The translations under genes and the position numbers were made by a program. A stretch of DNA of 64,000 bases. Origin: Eledone cirrhosa. Lineage: Eukaryota. Of the stretch, positions 13,341 through 27,716 are shown piece after piece. Positions within the stretch are counted from its first letter, which is position 1. Each line of letters begins with the position of its first letter. The notes below the pieces were generated by a model, which worked only from the letters and a program-made list of their open reading frames with translations, was not told the origin of the DNA and made no database searches. The stretch lies in the NCBI GenBank assembly GCA_964016885.1, contig OZ024745.1, forward strand, positions 78,492,001 through 78,556,000, given 5' to 3'.

Positions 13341-15309
13341 AGACTATGAATATTTGATGCTCGATGGACGAAAATATCATCATGCTAACGGAGGTCGTAT
13401 CTATATATAAAAAGCACGTTTCCTGCCTGAAAAACAGGTTTTTTTTATTGCAATATAGTCTGCAACCATTTTCATTATTGGCTGCAAAGATTTCACTTCA
13501 TTTACTTCATTTAGATATCTCTATCAATCTGATCCTTTCTGATTATGTAAGAAATTAAGATTATCATCTACTTGCAATATCAGAACTAGCTGATTGTTCT
13601 CTCTAACTTTAATTCAAGAAAATGTTGGCTAGAAAGGAAGGATAAAACGTGATTATTGAACTTCTCACACAGTTAAGTGAATTGATAGTCCTATGTTGTT
13701 TAAAGTCACGTTTTGCTTTTACATAGTTATCTTCGCGACCTATGAAAATCCTTTGAATTAAAAACCTGAAACTGATTCAATTAATTGATTTTAAAATTCA
13801 CAATATCGTCTTTTATGTCTAATTACTTTAGTAAATTCTAGTAATCTTGCTCTCTATATCCTCTCTATCTCTTTCTCCGTATCTCTATCCTCGCCTCTCT
13901 TTTTCATATACACATACACACGCGCATATATATATATATGTATATATATAGAACAAAGAAAGTGTTGTGAGGAACCAGGTGGACCATAACGCACCAGAGT
14001 ACTCGATACTTAGGGTAGTAGAGTTGGTAATAGGAAAAGAGTCAGGAACCCGACGGCTGAGCTCCGACCGTTTCGACCGCTAGATCATACATACATACAT
14101 ACATTTATATATTTATATGCAAACCGAGTACAAAGAGATACACACTCACTCGCACAATCAAACATGCATGCGCACGCATACATATACAATTGCAACAACG
14201 TATTCATAGGCATACATACGACATTATTTACCAGACATTGATCTCATATAAAATATTTCTGTTCGGTATCACCAACAAATTGTTTTAGAAAAATTTACAA
14301 TCTAGAGAAAAATCGCCATCTTAGCACGGATCTCCTATGAGATAACCAAATTGATTCAGTATGCAATCATAAATCTTAGATTTTGAAAACCAGTCATAGA
14401 CAATGTGCCGTCGTACTGTTGACGTGTTGAGGGAAAAGACGTTTTAAGCGACTGACACGATTGTCATTGAATCACGGTTGGAACATCGAGAACTTCCGTG
14501 TGAAATAATATATTTGCTTCTCGCATGCACATACACTTATTCACCCACACATTATATATATATATATATAATTGTCAGCACTGTGAATAAAGCCCTTATT
14601 GTACAGCCAACCATGTTAGTTTTCTTTCTTTAATTATATATATATATATATATGGGTGTGTGTGTGTTCGTGTGTGTGTGTTCGAGTGTGTGTGTGCGAG
14701 TATGTGCGTGTGTGTGCTGTGTGTGAAAAGAGAAAGAAAGAAAGAGAAGTATCTATTGACACTAAATTGATAGATAAACAGCATCCTTCTTGATATATTT
14801 CCAAATTAAGAGAAATAATAATTAAAAATAGACATAACGACGAAAAGCGACAGCGAGTTGGTCGATCATAATGTTCTTTGTGATTATAAACAGCTCTTTA
14901 TTTCGACACCTACGTTCCTTGCCATAAGAAGCCGTCGACATTAAAGAGAATATCTACTGATATATCAACTGTGTAGTGGTTCTGAAGACATTTTCTTTGG
15001 TAATATTTGTATCCGAAACTTCTGGAAGTCATAAGATAGAAATCATTATTTGCACAAGGCATTAGATTTATAGTGAAAGTGATGGTGGGTTCCCCGTCGG
15101 TCTCGATGATGAGCATACAATTGTTCTACCATCTGAAATCCTACTCGTGAAGTTAATGTATAGATGGCTAAATACTACACAGACACGTGTACACGCGTAC
15201 CCATGACACATTTTTTAAGTCGAATCAGTATGGCACTGTAAAAGCTAGATATTTTCATTAGAGGTACAATGCAGAAAGAAAGATACAGAGAAAAAACTGA
15301 AGGAGAAGA

Positions 15310-15565
15310 AAAATCGCAGTATTGGATTGATACTTTGTTTATCAACCCCAAAATGACGAAAGACAAACTTACCTCAGCGCAATTTGAACTTAGAGCACAG
15401 AGAACTAGAACGAACACTTTAGAGCAGGGGTCGGCAACCTACGGTAAGGATGAAAGGCAAAGCTAACCTCGGCAGGATTTAAACTCAGATCGTAAAGAGC
15501 CGTAACTCTATGCCAAAAAGCATGTTGTCCGACACTCCACCGATACTGCTAATCTACTATCCACT
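15310..15565 (-). mobile_element. Two adjacent SINE family A fragments, separated by a hAT-TIR-like CAGGGGTCGGCAACCT
   Basis: GGATGAAAGGCAAAGCTAACCTCGGCAGGATTTAAACTCAG and a more decayed upstream copy. Confidence 0.7.
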
Positions 15566-17810
15566 CTTCTTACAGTATAGTAGAAATTATCTAAAACCGA
15601 GTTTCCAAATAGTGTCGTGAGTTTGCTGGGAATATCTACTATGTTATATATTTCTCACATTGACACAAGGTCCACTTTCTGTAATGAACCTCTATACTAG
15701 AATTAATCACCCACTCTCGATCATTGGTATTTATTTTATCCAATCTGGAAAGATGAAAATTCATGTTGATGTGAATGAAATAGGGAGACAATTAAATACA
15801 AAAATCTATTTAATCCGGTGTTCTTATATTTTAGACACTTCACTACTTCGTTAATAATGATTTTTAAGATACACACCAATTTTGGGTGGAGGGTACAGTC
15901 AATGAAATCAGCGCTAGTTCTTAACGGCCACAGAAGGATTAGAAGAAAGGTAGATCACCACAGGATTTGAATCCAGAATGTAGCCAAATAAAACTGTGTT
16001 TTACAGACTCTACCAATGCACCGCTCTGGCGAGCTTTCTCGCTGGGATTGACTTTTCAGTGTGAAACAGTTGTTGTTGTTATTTAGCCTCAAATCAACTC
16101 TGATTTAGTAGATCTATATCAAAGACATGCAGTCAAAATCATCCCGTCTATATGCTGGGACTGCTTTATCCAATCTGTCTATCTTTTCTAAGAACGGTGT
16201 GGTTTTGAGGACGATTTGGCAGCTATTTCTAGCAGGGTCGAACTCGTGCACAGGAGATGCCTTGCTTAGTCTGCTGATATAACAGGTATCAAAAATACAC
16301 TGGTGTGAATGGAATTGACTCTGTTCCTCCCATACCTTTCTGCCTCATTCTTATATATGAAACCAATAATAGATCCATGATTCATACAATACTTTAATCC
16401 CAAAATTAGGACTATCACAATGCCCAACGCTTCATGTATAATATATTTGAATTATATAACTTAATATCACATGCAAAGTCATTCAAACACTATACATAAA
16501 ATGTTTAATCTATGATTTTTAAAGTAACAACAGCATCCTTCATTCACATTAAACCACTTTTAGCGTAATTTAATGTGAATGAAGATCACAGTGGAGGCGA
16601 TTGTAGTTCAGCCTCGTTACAGAGTCTTAAACTCAACACTAAAAGCTACTGAAACAAGTTTTAATGGTACACATACACATACGCATATTATTTACTTAAA
16701 GTTGGTTGGCCTGAGCCAACGCTGGTTACAAGTTTTATTCATGGACATGACAGAAGGGGCCTCGAAACATTGACATTTCTCTCTCTCTGATTTTCATAAT
16801 CTTAGAACAATTTTGGATTAGAAGGTTTCTTTTGAAATAAATAAATGATTTAGTAAAATGTATATTAGTAGAATTAAAACATCTGGTTTGTTGGATATCG
16901 AAACATGACTATAACAAATACTAAAAGGATGAAGTTAGCATCCTCAATATCTAAATTGTCTAGTCTCCGATAAACCAGATCTCCTAATCCTATTAATATA
17001 CATATCACCAGGGCCAGTTTAATCTTAAACACATGTGGACCATCGGAGACTGGGCAAATTACCGAAACGATGAGCCTAATAACATGGAAAATAAAAATTA
17101 TTAACTCAGTCACTCGTCAATGAAAATGACATATATAATAAAGAATTTATTTTGTTTTGCTACATCAAGTTTTAACTAGTGCATACTTAATGAATTGTGT
17201 CTTTCTTTCAAAAATGAAACAAAACCCGGTGTACTTAAATAATAACGCGAACAAAAAATTAAAAGAAATTTATAAATATATATATATATATACTTCCGTT
17301 CAGGCATGTCGGCATGGACAGCACCGATGCTATATGTGTCTTTAACCAGTTGAAGCCTCTCTCTCAATGTATATTCGCTAGACCTCATTAGACGGCACTA
17401 AATGTAAGTCAAGGACGATTAAAATAAAAGGCTGTTTTTATTTTCTAACAGAGGCAAAGAAACAGGCGTAAAGATTTTCAGTTAATTACTTTGAAAGTGA
17501 AAGTAATATCTTAACTGCATGCCTTATAAGGAAGTATTCAGTGCAGGAAACATTATATTATAAATATATAACTGATTAAATAAAACATATTTTAGGCATC
17601 ATTAAAACAGGATAGAGAAAAGTCCTACTTATCTTTCCATCACGCCCCCACTCCCACCATATTGACCACATCCCTCACACCCCTACATCCCCATACACTA
17701 TCCAGCTACCCCTAACCATCCTGACAAACACCTATAACTTAATACATATGTCCCTCCCAAATTGCCTCCTCCCCAAAACTGAGAGGACTCTACAGTTAAG
17801 TCTATGACTT

Positions 17811-18185
17811 ACAACCTCTCTAGTGATGGTGCCACGAAAATGCACCCTGTACACTCCGTATGGGTGGTTGGTGACAGGAAGGGCACATCGCTGTAGAAAC
17901 CATGCCTAAAAGGGTTGAGAGGACCCTTCAGCGGTGTCAACCTCTCTAGTGTTGGTGGTCTACACGGTAAACCCAGTACACGCTGAAAAGTTGTTGGTGA
18001 TAGGAAGGGCATTCAGTCGTAGAAAGCTTGCCAAACAAAGGGATTGGAGGATCCTTTGGTTATGTCAAGGACATGATACCGACCCTGGTGGTGGTGATCT
18101 ATGCAATAAAAGCACCAAGTACACGCTTTAAAGTGGGTAGGAAGGGCATCCTTCCGTAGAAATCTTGCCAAACAAGAGGGTTGAA
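17811..18185 (+). repeat. Three tandem degenerate units of a SINE/RTE-related block
   Basis: GCACC..GTACAC...GTGGTTGG....AGGAAGGGCATC..C.GTAGAAA repeated three times. Confidence 0.7.
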
Positions 18186-18239
18186 ATTAGGAAAGTAGGA
18201 AAGAGGGAAAGGGGAGAGAAAAAGTAAATAAAACATACA

Positions 18240-18541
18240 CCCAGATGTAACGCATGCGCAGTCCAGGGACACGGATCTCAAAGACGAGATGGTTTAAAAC
18301 AAAAGTAGTCACTTGGGAGGTCACAGAATGCGTGACGAAAGAGCTTTGACAATCAACAACTAAACAACTAAACAACAATCTGGTTATTAAACTAACCAAC
18401 TGGAAATTTATAATAAATTGAAGTGAAAACCTACGGGTGCGTGTGTTTTTATTGGCACCAGGACCCTCCCAAAGTATAGCAAAATCTGTTTCAATACACA
18501 TTTTCAGATAAGGAATCTTGCAAAACAATTACAAAAGTGGC

Positions 18542-18542
<1 letters not shown>
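18240..18542 (+). mobile_element. Penelope-like terminal segment with a degenerate hammerhead (18308-18350), ending at (TA)n
   Basis: GTCA-CTTGGGA-G-GTCAC(AGAATGC)GTGAC-GAAA-GAGC-TT-TGAC; tail homologous to 40244-40440 and to the reverse complement of 39930-40140. Confidence 0.75.
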
Positions 18543-18595
<53 letters not shown>

Positions 18596-21567
18596 TTTTC
18601 ATATATATATATATATATATATAAATATATATATAATTCAAGGAAACACGAAACGAACAAACAAGAGGATGCAATAACTCAAAGTGTATTAGTTTCACGC
18701 TTGAAGAAAGAAGAATAGGTTACATAGTCATATTCAAGGTATCGGACATTTGCCCTTCATCAAGAATAACACAAAAGGAAAATAGCCCAGTTCTTCCTTA
18801 GAACTCTGCCACCAACCTCTCCCACATACACACAGACACACAAACACACACACATAAAGATTTATTAGATTTATTTGTCTCAGTAATCTTTCTATATTTA
18901 CATGTGATGGGATGTGTGGTGAGGCTGATATACGTTAGGAAGTCAAGATAAATATTTAGAAAGTATATCTCAACGCATAGAAGATATTCTATACCGATAT
19001 CTCACGGAAATATACCGATAGCTATGACCACCTCTTCATATCACGACATTTTTTTTTTTTTTTTTTTTTTCATATTTGGGAATAATATGTTTTCCAGAAC
19101 GACATAAGCAAACATTGTAATTGTAAAGAAACCATTGTCTAAATGCAACAACAGGAAAATATTTGCAATTTTATCGGCCATTGTTCCCTTCATATATTTA
19201 TTTACTGTTTACTGTTAAACTAATTCTTATATTGTCTTTTTCGTGATATTCTTTCTTGCTGAATCTCATACTTTTTATTTTATATTTCCTCTTACCCCAA
19301 ACATTATTTTTTTTAATTTTCAGTTTTTATTGTTATTGGTGTTTGTTTTGTTCTTGTTCTTTTTTTTTTTTTTGAATTTCATATGTATGTGTGGATGCGC
19401 GCATATGTGCGTGAAGATGACGGTAAGAAATATGTTAGCGTATAACTTTACGGTCTCACAGTTTAGCTAGTGTTATATAATAACGATTTTACACATTGCT
19501 TCAGATCATAAATTTTAGAAATGCATATAATCGATTGATAGCTTATCAATGTATAACTGACACTTATTTTCTCAACCCAGGAGGACTGAATAGCAAAGTC
19601 GATTCCAATGTGGTTTGAACTCAGAACACAATGGCCCGTAACTGATTACCGTAAGAAGATCTACCTTGGTGCTCTATCCTTTCTGGTATTGCATCGATAT
19701 TAATAGTATAATAATTTCATTATCTTGTAAATGCTCCAATACCTTCATTAATGCGAATGGGAATGACAAAACATCAGCATCCCAGTATTTATATCCGTCC
19801 ATGAAGCTGAAGTTTCATATCAATGTAGAGAAATTCCAAGAATATATTCACAGCGAATTTGCCAATGATTGCTATAGATGAAGTTACAAATGGAATATAT
19901 TAAGCCCGTGTATGAGGTTCAAATCTTTCCTACAACCTCAGAGGAGATTGTATTTAAACAATAATTTTGTCGTCTTTGAACAGGTTCAACATATCCAGTC
20001 TGAAGCAAATTATCCATGACCGACAGTTAACTGATTTAAAATTTCAAGAAAGGTCTACAAATACTTTGAACTTTTTCCTATTATTTATGTTATTTGCTTT
20101 TATTGTTGTTGTTTTTTAGTCGCCTTTAATGAGCAAACGTATAATCAAAGGTATCTAGGACTACATTTTCTAATGTGTTTTTCCTTTTTTAAAATGGGGA
20201 AATCTAGTTTTACTTTCTTGCATGTCGAGTGACCTTGTAGATACTCCTTTATTGGCTAAAGAGCAATGTAGAATAAAGCAGTAAGCTTGACATAATTTAT
20301 TTTCACTAATAACAAAAATAGTATAGCGAAGAAGAAAATAAGAAATATCTTATTTCTTCTCTAAAATACAGGATTTTCTGCATAATAATCTTTTTTAAGA
20401 TTTACGTTTTGCATACGTGAGATCTACTGCATATAGTTATAAGTACCACTTCCATAAGTACAAATATATATACTCAACTGAGAAGAAGTGTAATAACTTG
20501 TAAATAATTAATACTCATTTATGGTCAAACTTATGCATTAGAAGTCTATAGCGCAGGGGATAAAGTATCAGTTGTATTAGTTATGTTCCTTCACTCTCTG
20601 AGTTCGAATCTCATTAAGGTTAAGTTTTTCTTTTAGACTTCAAATGTCTATAAAATAGTATCGTTTAAAGTACTTAAAATGTGTGACCTTATGTTTATAT
20701 TAGAAAACATTATCTCAGAAGTTAGGTATCTTTTAGTAAAAACAAAAGTAAGCATGTATACAGATACACATATACTCAAACGCGTACATAGTTTTTCCTA
20801 ATGCTTGTTGAATGTGATATGAGAACTACTGAAATTAAACTTCAATAGCAATCTGTCTCAATCCAAGTGCCTAACTAAATGACCGGATGACATAAATTAA
20901 TTATACTTCTAAGAATGTACCCCGACCCTAGTGCTTTTATCTTGCTATCTCACTTCCTCACTCTCTCACTCTCTTTCTTCCCTCCAACCTACCCTTTAAC
21001 ACCATCTTTCGCTTTCAAACACGGCGTTGGGGCATGGCTTCAACACATGGCATTATTCAAACCTTAAAGAGTCCTTCCAAAATTAGGGATCGTAATAAAC
21101 ACTAACTATAAAATCTAACCATACACTTGTTCTCCTTTAAGAGATAACATCCTCTCTTTTTCAACATTGTCTAGTTCCTACAGGGAAATAGATGAAACCC
21201 TAATACAGAGGAGGGAACTGTATTTATCAGTTCCTGGTGCAGAGCAAGATAAATTGAAGCAGTAAATTTTGAACAACTTACCTTCCAGATAAATTTTTCG
21301 ATCACATATTTGATGGATCTGATTTCTTCTAGTGGCCAACATTAGTGGTTTACTCATCTTGGTGAGCTCTACATCCCCATTGTGCTCAGAGTGGGAGCTG
21401 ATGTCTGTGAGGGATTTAAAGGTTGATATAACAAGCCCTTTGACTCCAAAGTTCTTCATGCAACCTACTGTTGGGAAATATTGCCAGTTAGACTTAGAAA
21501 ACGAATATAGCTAAAATCTTATATTTCAAATCTGCTCAAACATCTATGGTGTATACACACACACATG

Positions 21568-21620
<53 letters not shown>

Positions 21621-22836
21621 GGGGGCGTGTATGTGTGTGTGTTTGTGCGTGTGTGTGTATTTATGTGTGTGTTTGTGTGTGTGTGTGTGTATGTGTGTGT
21701 GTGTGTAGCTGCAAAAAATCAAAATACACCTATTGACTTATGGACTACAAAATTATTCATTAAGATAAGATAAAATTTGGTCGAGGTTTGGGGGATTTTT
21801 TTTTTCAATTTTCCCTTTTTAGCCTTGAATAGACCCAACGAGAGAATGATGGCCTTTGATGATGTTCGTACGCACTTAAACAAAGCGTTGAATTCGCATC
21901 AACCGAATGGAATATTCTAGTTTATTTTACGTACAAATTTATACTTTCTGTTGATATATATTATACCCAGTAAATTATTCACGACAGATAGATATACAGA
22001 CAGACAGTTAGACGGACGAACGGATGGATGAATGGATAAAAATACATTGATACAAATGCATCCACATAATCTTGTTCTCTACTCCGCCTTGTCTGGTGTT
22101 TAAGCCACACCAAGGAAAGGCTATCAAAATTACATTTTCTTGGCAATTCTGTTACAAGAACCTACCAGGAAACGTCTACAGGGGCATATGTACTCACAAA
22201 AATGGTAACTTAAATAATATGTCTCATCCACATTGCCATTTCACCTGCACACACATACAGCACATATATAGGTGAAGAAGACAACAATTGGGAAGTTGTA
22301 ATATTTCTCTGCTTATTGGAACCGTTTCGCATCACGCATTCGATTCGTCAAGGTTGCCCTTTCTCATCTCCCTTCTTCGTGTGTTCGAGTCACTATTATG
22401 AAAAATAAGTGTTGAGGAATATTCCACCTGAATTTTGACACATATGGCCGAGCCAGCATATTCGGACACTGTCATTACAGGGGTGGGGTCGTGACTAGTT
22501 TGAAATAAATTCTGCAGGTAGCGCAGTGCCATCAATCTGGTCTGTTTGAGATGTGTGCTGAACGATGAAACCGTCTGTATGCACGCATTCAGTGTCCAAA
22601 CTTTACTGACTTGTAGAGCTGCGTCAAACTTATTCTATCGCATGCTGGACGAGTCTGGCTGTCAGCTAAGTCTATTGTAATGATCGCCCTACCACCGATG
22701 GTTATAGAAAAACAGAGTGCAGTGGCTGAGAATGCTGGGGTTATGTACAGATATTTACTCCCCGTCAACTGTTTGAACTACCACTTGAAATGAATGATGA
22801 GAGAGAAGAGGGAACTGCTTCACTCCAGTACATTGA

Positions 22837-22879
22837 CTCGCCACTCTCATTCACTTTTCAAGTGAATGAGAGTGGCGAG
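22837..22879. repeat. Perfect 20-bp hairpin with a 3-nt loop
   Basis: CTCGCCACTCTCATTCACTT-TTC-AAGTGAATGAGAGTGGCGAG. Confidence 0.95.
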
Positions 22880-23031
22880 CCTGATATGGCTAGATTATTT
22901 TAATATCAATTTACGTTTGTAATTTCATCGTAAGGGGGAGATACTCTGCTTTAGGGTTATCCTATTTTATCCTAGATGACTGACCCACATTTTAATGTTA
23001 TATATTTTATATTTTTGCATTTTTATATTTA

Positions 23032-23524
23032 CTAGCAGAAAAACCACACTACGGGTGGTTTTCTGCTAGCATGTGTAGTGTGTATATTGATATTATACGC
23101 AAGTATATATACATGTAGATATGATACATCAAATAAAATCGTAATTGACAATATACACAGAAATTGAACAAAGCCTATGTTACACTGTCTTCTGTAATCA
23201 GTAATCCATGATATATAAAAAAAAAAAAGACGACATTATATATAAACTGCATTAGGAGAAAATTAGCGACGGAAATATATGTGATTATAAGTGTTATAAT
23301 ATAACGGCCGCTAACCGGAAGTGCTGACATTTGATAATTTTAAAGAAGTGAATTTTAAAGATTAACCTATAAAATATATTTAATCAACAGCCACGAAATT
23401 TAGCACATAAATTATGTAATATTCATTCATTATTTATTCAAAGTAATCCAACTTATTTTACAAACGGGGTAAAAAAATATATTCTGGACGCAATCCCGCA
23501 GACCTTCCTTTATTATAGTTAAGA
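23032..23524 (-). mobile_element. Non-autonomous Helitron-like element
   Basis: On the minus strand: A|TC...CTAG|T termini with a subterminal ACCAC/GTGGT hairpin near the CTAG end; no TSD. Confidence 0.6.
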
Positions 23525-23743
23525 TTATTTTTGCTTTTCAACAAATCTGTTTTTGTATTTTTCTTTTTTTCACTCGATGCACAAACCCAACAGTTTTTTT
23601 GTTTTGTTTTTTGTACAAATCACCTTTCTAATTTTCTTGCAATCGTTGCCCTTATTGCAAAAAAAAATTATGGATTAACAGAATTATAACAGCGTCGGGC
23701 AAAAGTAATTGCATTTTTTTTGGGGGGGGGGGGGGTTTAATCT

Positions 23744-23900
23744 TCTGAGTTCAAATCTCGCCTCTGTCAATTTTGCCTTTCATCTTTCTGGGGCTGATAA
23801 AATAATAAAATAACCATAAAGTACTGTGGTCGATATAATCACTTTTCCTTTCTCTCTACAAAAATACTGGCCTTGCACTTAAATTAAAAATCATTATTAT
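23744..23900 (+). mobile_element. SINE family A (decayed)
   Basis: CTGAGTTCAAATCTCGCC..TTTGCCTTTCATCTTTCTGGGGCTGATAAA. Confidence 0.7.
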
Positions 23901-24844
23901 CATTCGACTAAATAGAATTTACTGCTGTGAATGAAATGGAATCCTCACAACTACATGTACTGAGTTACGGCTCAGTTGTAAACATAGCAAATCTAGAAAT
24001 AAAATAAAAAATATCAAAAAGTGTCAAGTATAAAACAACTGCGACGAATATCAGCTGAAGCTACGCTTCACTAAGCAAAATATATAAAGGTACATTCGTG
24101 ATAGATGATGAAATAGAGAAGCTGGTTTATGGTAGATTCCGATCCTATTGCCTTATCATAAATGAATTTCACATGGTTTGTTTACACATACAACTACATA
24201 ACATCAATAAAAGAGTTAATTCTATAGGTTTTCTTATTGGTGTTTAATTGAGCTAAGTTCTTGGTAAAAGGAGCTTCACTTAATTAAACTATGACTTGGA
24301 TATGTAGGCATGAGTATAAAACAAAATTCATATAAACATTATAATGCTGTGAACATCAGCAATTAATCAAAAGGTCTGTGTTCGATTCTTACGTTAGAAT
24401 CGTTAGTTCAATTCTAACTGATTTAAATGATCGAACAACTGAATACCCATCGTCGAAATTGACGGAAATTCTATCACTTTGCAAAAAATTAAAACTTATC
24501 ATTATTCTCACTATTTTACCGATATATTCTTTCTGAAGAAACCTTTACATGTGGTTTAATGGTTCTAATTGTTTATTTTATATCGCAATTTATAGACAAT
24601 AGCGTTGTTAGTCATAGGTTTCTAACGGGCCAATTGGAATATTTCTGATAGTGAGAGTGACAAGGAATTACATCAGTTGTTTGCTGATGCACGACGAAAT
24701 TATATAACATATTTACATACATTACGGCGAAGGGAATTTGGTATCAGCATGTAGCATGCTTTCGCTAATGGTTTTAGTTGCCCATGTAGTCACTAGCAAA
24801 CACATATACCCTTTCGATCCTTCCAACCATACATGCATACGCAT

Positions 24845-25020
24845 ACATATGCGACTGGTTTCTGCACAGTATCCGCCTGCCAAATTCCATTCACAAGATA
24901 TTGATCAATCGGAATCTGTGATAAAGACACTCGCCCAATGTTCCATTCAATAGGATTAAACTTGGAACCATTTGGTTGCGAAGCGAATTTCATAACCACA
25001 CAACTATTCCAACGCCCCTG
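24845..25020 (-). mobile_element. tRNA-derived SINE (family C, decayed; related copy at ~57585-57730 plus)
   Basis: The reverse complement shows a tRNA-like head (GTGTGGTTA..GGTTC), then TTGGGCGAGTGTCTT..CTTGTGAATGGAATTTGGCAGGCGGA. Confidence 0.55.
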
Positions 25021-25639
25021 TTAAAGCAAAATCCGTGGCAAGAAAAGAAACAGCTAACATGAATTTAAACAACAAGCTTGTATATCCCATGATTCTATTA
25101 CAAGTGTCTTTCTACATCGCTATAAAAATGCATTTGTATTGATTTCCTTGTTTATACTAAATTTAGGGTTCAACAGGGTGACCTTTTTGACTCCCTTATC
25201 TCTACTCTCCGAATAGACTACATTGCTCGGAGCATCACGACCCCTTTCAGCGTTTGATACCTGGATGATGCCACGTTCGGGGGGCCCGTGAAGACTGTCT
25301 GCCATGACATGCGATCGGAGGTTCCTCCGCTGTCACTTCAACACTGCTTTCAAATGTTTTTTTTTTTTGGAGTGTGAGCGGGGGGGGGGGGGGGTAAAAT
25401 AAACGCTAGCCAAGTACTGAACATAATTTAATCAACTGTACCCCTTTCTGGCCCCAAGAGTTTGTAGCCTTGTGTCTGGAGGAATTGTTAGAGTGATGGA
25501 CAAAATGATTTGCGGTATATATTTACGACTATTTACGGTTACAGTTCAAATAGCACAGAGATCGATATTGCATTTTTTATCATACAGAAATAATAAAATA
25601 ACAATCAAATTCTATAGCCATCTAATAAATGTCGCTGCA

Positions 25640-26250
25640 GATGCACCGTTGACTCTTTCGGCCTCCATCCGCTGTCCTGCAACTAGATTATCGGCCGCCT
25701 TCCAGGCATGTCTTGGATGCTGCAGGCTTCCCCTCCCAGCACGAGCCGGTCGAGCTGGACCGAAGAGACGTTCTGCGGTGATAAACCCCTCATCTGGGAT
25801 GCCACATGCAGCGGCAACCTGGCGCAGTCTGTGACTAACTCAGGCTCTGCTTCACTTCGGGCCGAGGGGGGTAAACTCTCCAAATATCGGTCGCTCTCCG
25901 ACAGGTTTGCAGTCGAGCCCATAGCAGTGGAGACTTCTGGTGTCATTGGCCCTAACTCTACCTAGGGAGGTAGTTCACCACCATCAGCACAGAGTTGGCT
26001 ATCCGCAGGTGTGAGCCTCACGAGTTTGACTGGCTCTTCCAGTGCGTCTCCCTCACCAACCTCAGGGGAAACACCTTCTTTATCTTGTCCACTGGGGCCG
26101 CCGGGCGGCCAGCGTGCGTCCCCATTTGTTCATAACAGTGAGAGGTGGGGAGAGCGGGAGAGATGGATGAAGTGACAGTGGGAATTTGGTTCCTTTGTGT
26201 TTGGACCTGGTGTATATGTACATGTTTCACGGACACACTCACACATAAAG
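25640..26250 (+). mobile_element. CRE-clade non-LTR retrotransposon, 3' fragment (RLE domain plus 3' UTR)
   Basis: KPLIWDATC..NLA..SASLRAEGGKLSKYRSLSDRFAVEPIAVETSGVIGP..WLFQCVSL..LRGNT. Confidence 0.85.
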
Positions 26251-27083
26251 AGTGACAATCATGAACTTCTAGGCTGAGGAATCTATCTGCCACCCCTGGT
26301 TCTATAAAATAACATCTCCTATTTAAATTAAAATCTTCCAACATAATTTGACATCTTGTCGATTATACACTCTTCCACAGTCTGTGACTTTGTATCTAAG
26401 GGTGACAGAAGTAGCAGCCTAGTGAACAAAATGTCATGCGTTATTTAGTTACATTCCTTTACCTTCTGATATTCACAAATAAGAACCAGTCAAATACTGT
26501 GATCGATCTAAACAATTATAGCCTTCTCGAAATAGTGGATATATTTAAAATCTTTATCATTAATATTTCTTCTTTTTCTTTTTCTTCTTTTTCTTCTACT
26601 GTTGCTGCTGCTACTACTAAATCCACCTTTCGAAGCGGTAACTACAACATTGACAACAGCAGAATAGCAGCAGCAACAGTAAAAACAGTCACAACAGTGA
26701 GAGCCAGAACTTCAACAGCAACACCATCAACAACCGCAACAGAACATCAAAAGCATCAGCAGCTTCAACATAAGCAGCAGGGGCATCAGCCACCATAACA
26801 CTTGTAGCTTTGTATGTTAGGTGACGGCCGGTGGCTCAAGTGCGTGTGAGCAGTTGAAGAAGAGGATGATATCGTTCTTTCTTCTCTTTCTAAGCACCTC
26901 TATTTATCTCCCTTCTCTCTCTTCTTTATTTTCTCTCTCTCATTCTCTTTTTCTTTAAAACACCCTCTCCTTCGCTTCCCCCTCTCTCTCTCTCCCTCTG
27001 TTCTTTATCTCTCTTAATTTCTATTTTCTCTTACGAGGCGGAGAAAAGACTGTGTAGCGTGCACACGCTCCCACTTCACGCCT

Positions 27084-27090
27084 TCATTCG
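27084..27090 (+). promoter_or_regulatory. Candidate Initiator element (TCATTC)
   Basis: Matches the TCAKTY Inr consensus ~54 nt upstream of the candidate ATG, after a pyrimidine-rich tract. Confidence 0.25.
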
Positions 27091-27137
27091 TCACATACAG
27101 CTGTTAGAACAAAGTTTACAAACTTCGTTGCTCGGCT

Positions 27138-27238
27138 ATGGCACTGAGCGATCGATTATCTGCGAAGTTGCCACGGTATTTTACCTTCTTAATAGTTTTT
27201 CTACCACTTCTCGTTGAATCGAAGCTTTTTAGAAATGG
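27138..27238 (+). CDS. Candidate first coding exon of a secreted or membrane host protein (signal peptide)
   Basis: GCT-ATG-G context; MALSDRLSAKLPRYFTFLIVFLPLLVESKLFRN(G) has a basic n-region, hydrophobic core and VES cleavage-like site; followed by a consensus donor G|GTAAGT (phase 2); non-repetitive sequence. No downstream exon confidently found. Confidence 0.55.
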
Positions 27239-27399
27239 GTAAGTAAAACACTTTGATTTTTTTTTTCTTTCAAACAATTGTAACAGTTAAGACACATTTG
27301 TAATTCTGTTTATATTGTGATTTGTTGTCAGGTGTACTTCTGTGAATTAATGTGTATGTTAAAACCTATGAAGGTAAATTATAATACAATATGCCACAG

Positions 27400-27443
<44 letters not shown>

Positions 27444-27445
<2 letters not shown>

Positions 27446-27716
27446 CAAAGGGATTTGTTGGTAATTCAACAAATATATTTATAAGATTCGAAGCACTCAA
27501 CAGTTTTCTGGAGTATAATATCCATGATATTAATAAATGTAAACTATATTTATAAAACTATATTTATTCTATAGAATATTTATTTTATAGAATAAATATG
27601 GTTTTATAAATATAGTTTCCATTTATTAATATCATGGATATTATACTCCAGAAAACTGTTGAGTGCTTCGAATCTGTTACAAATATATTTGTTGAATTAC
27701 CAAAAATCCCTTTGCT
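27444..27716. repeat. Fold-back (~135-bp arms, almost no spacer) between two (TA)n tracts
   Basis: AGCAAAGGGATTT..TTCGAAGCACTCAACAGTTTTCTGGAGTATAATATCCATGATATTAATAAAT is mirrored in 27586-27716. Confidence 0.92.

Noticed and set aside
14055-14092. Additional hammerhead-like strings (here; ~18737-18768 minus; ~22315-22355 minus; ~27776-27858; ~42000-42145; ~48293-48350)
   Set aside because: Each lacks an intact core half or a closing stem I. Some are probably decayed PLE ends, but they are not supportable as ribozymes.
21120-21514. Possible minus-strand exons around a ~100-nt GTAAGT...TTTCCCTGTAG intron
   Set aside because: The splice signals look plausible, but the longest upstream frame hits a stop right after splicing and the peptides are not recognisable. 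Needs RNA-seq.
26436-26798. 120-aa ORF rich in T/A/Q
   Set aside because: Degenerate (CAA/CAG)n low-complexity tract with no splice or domain support.
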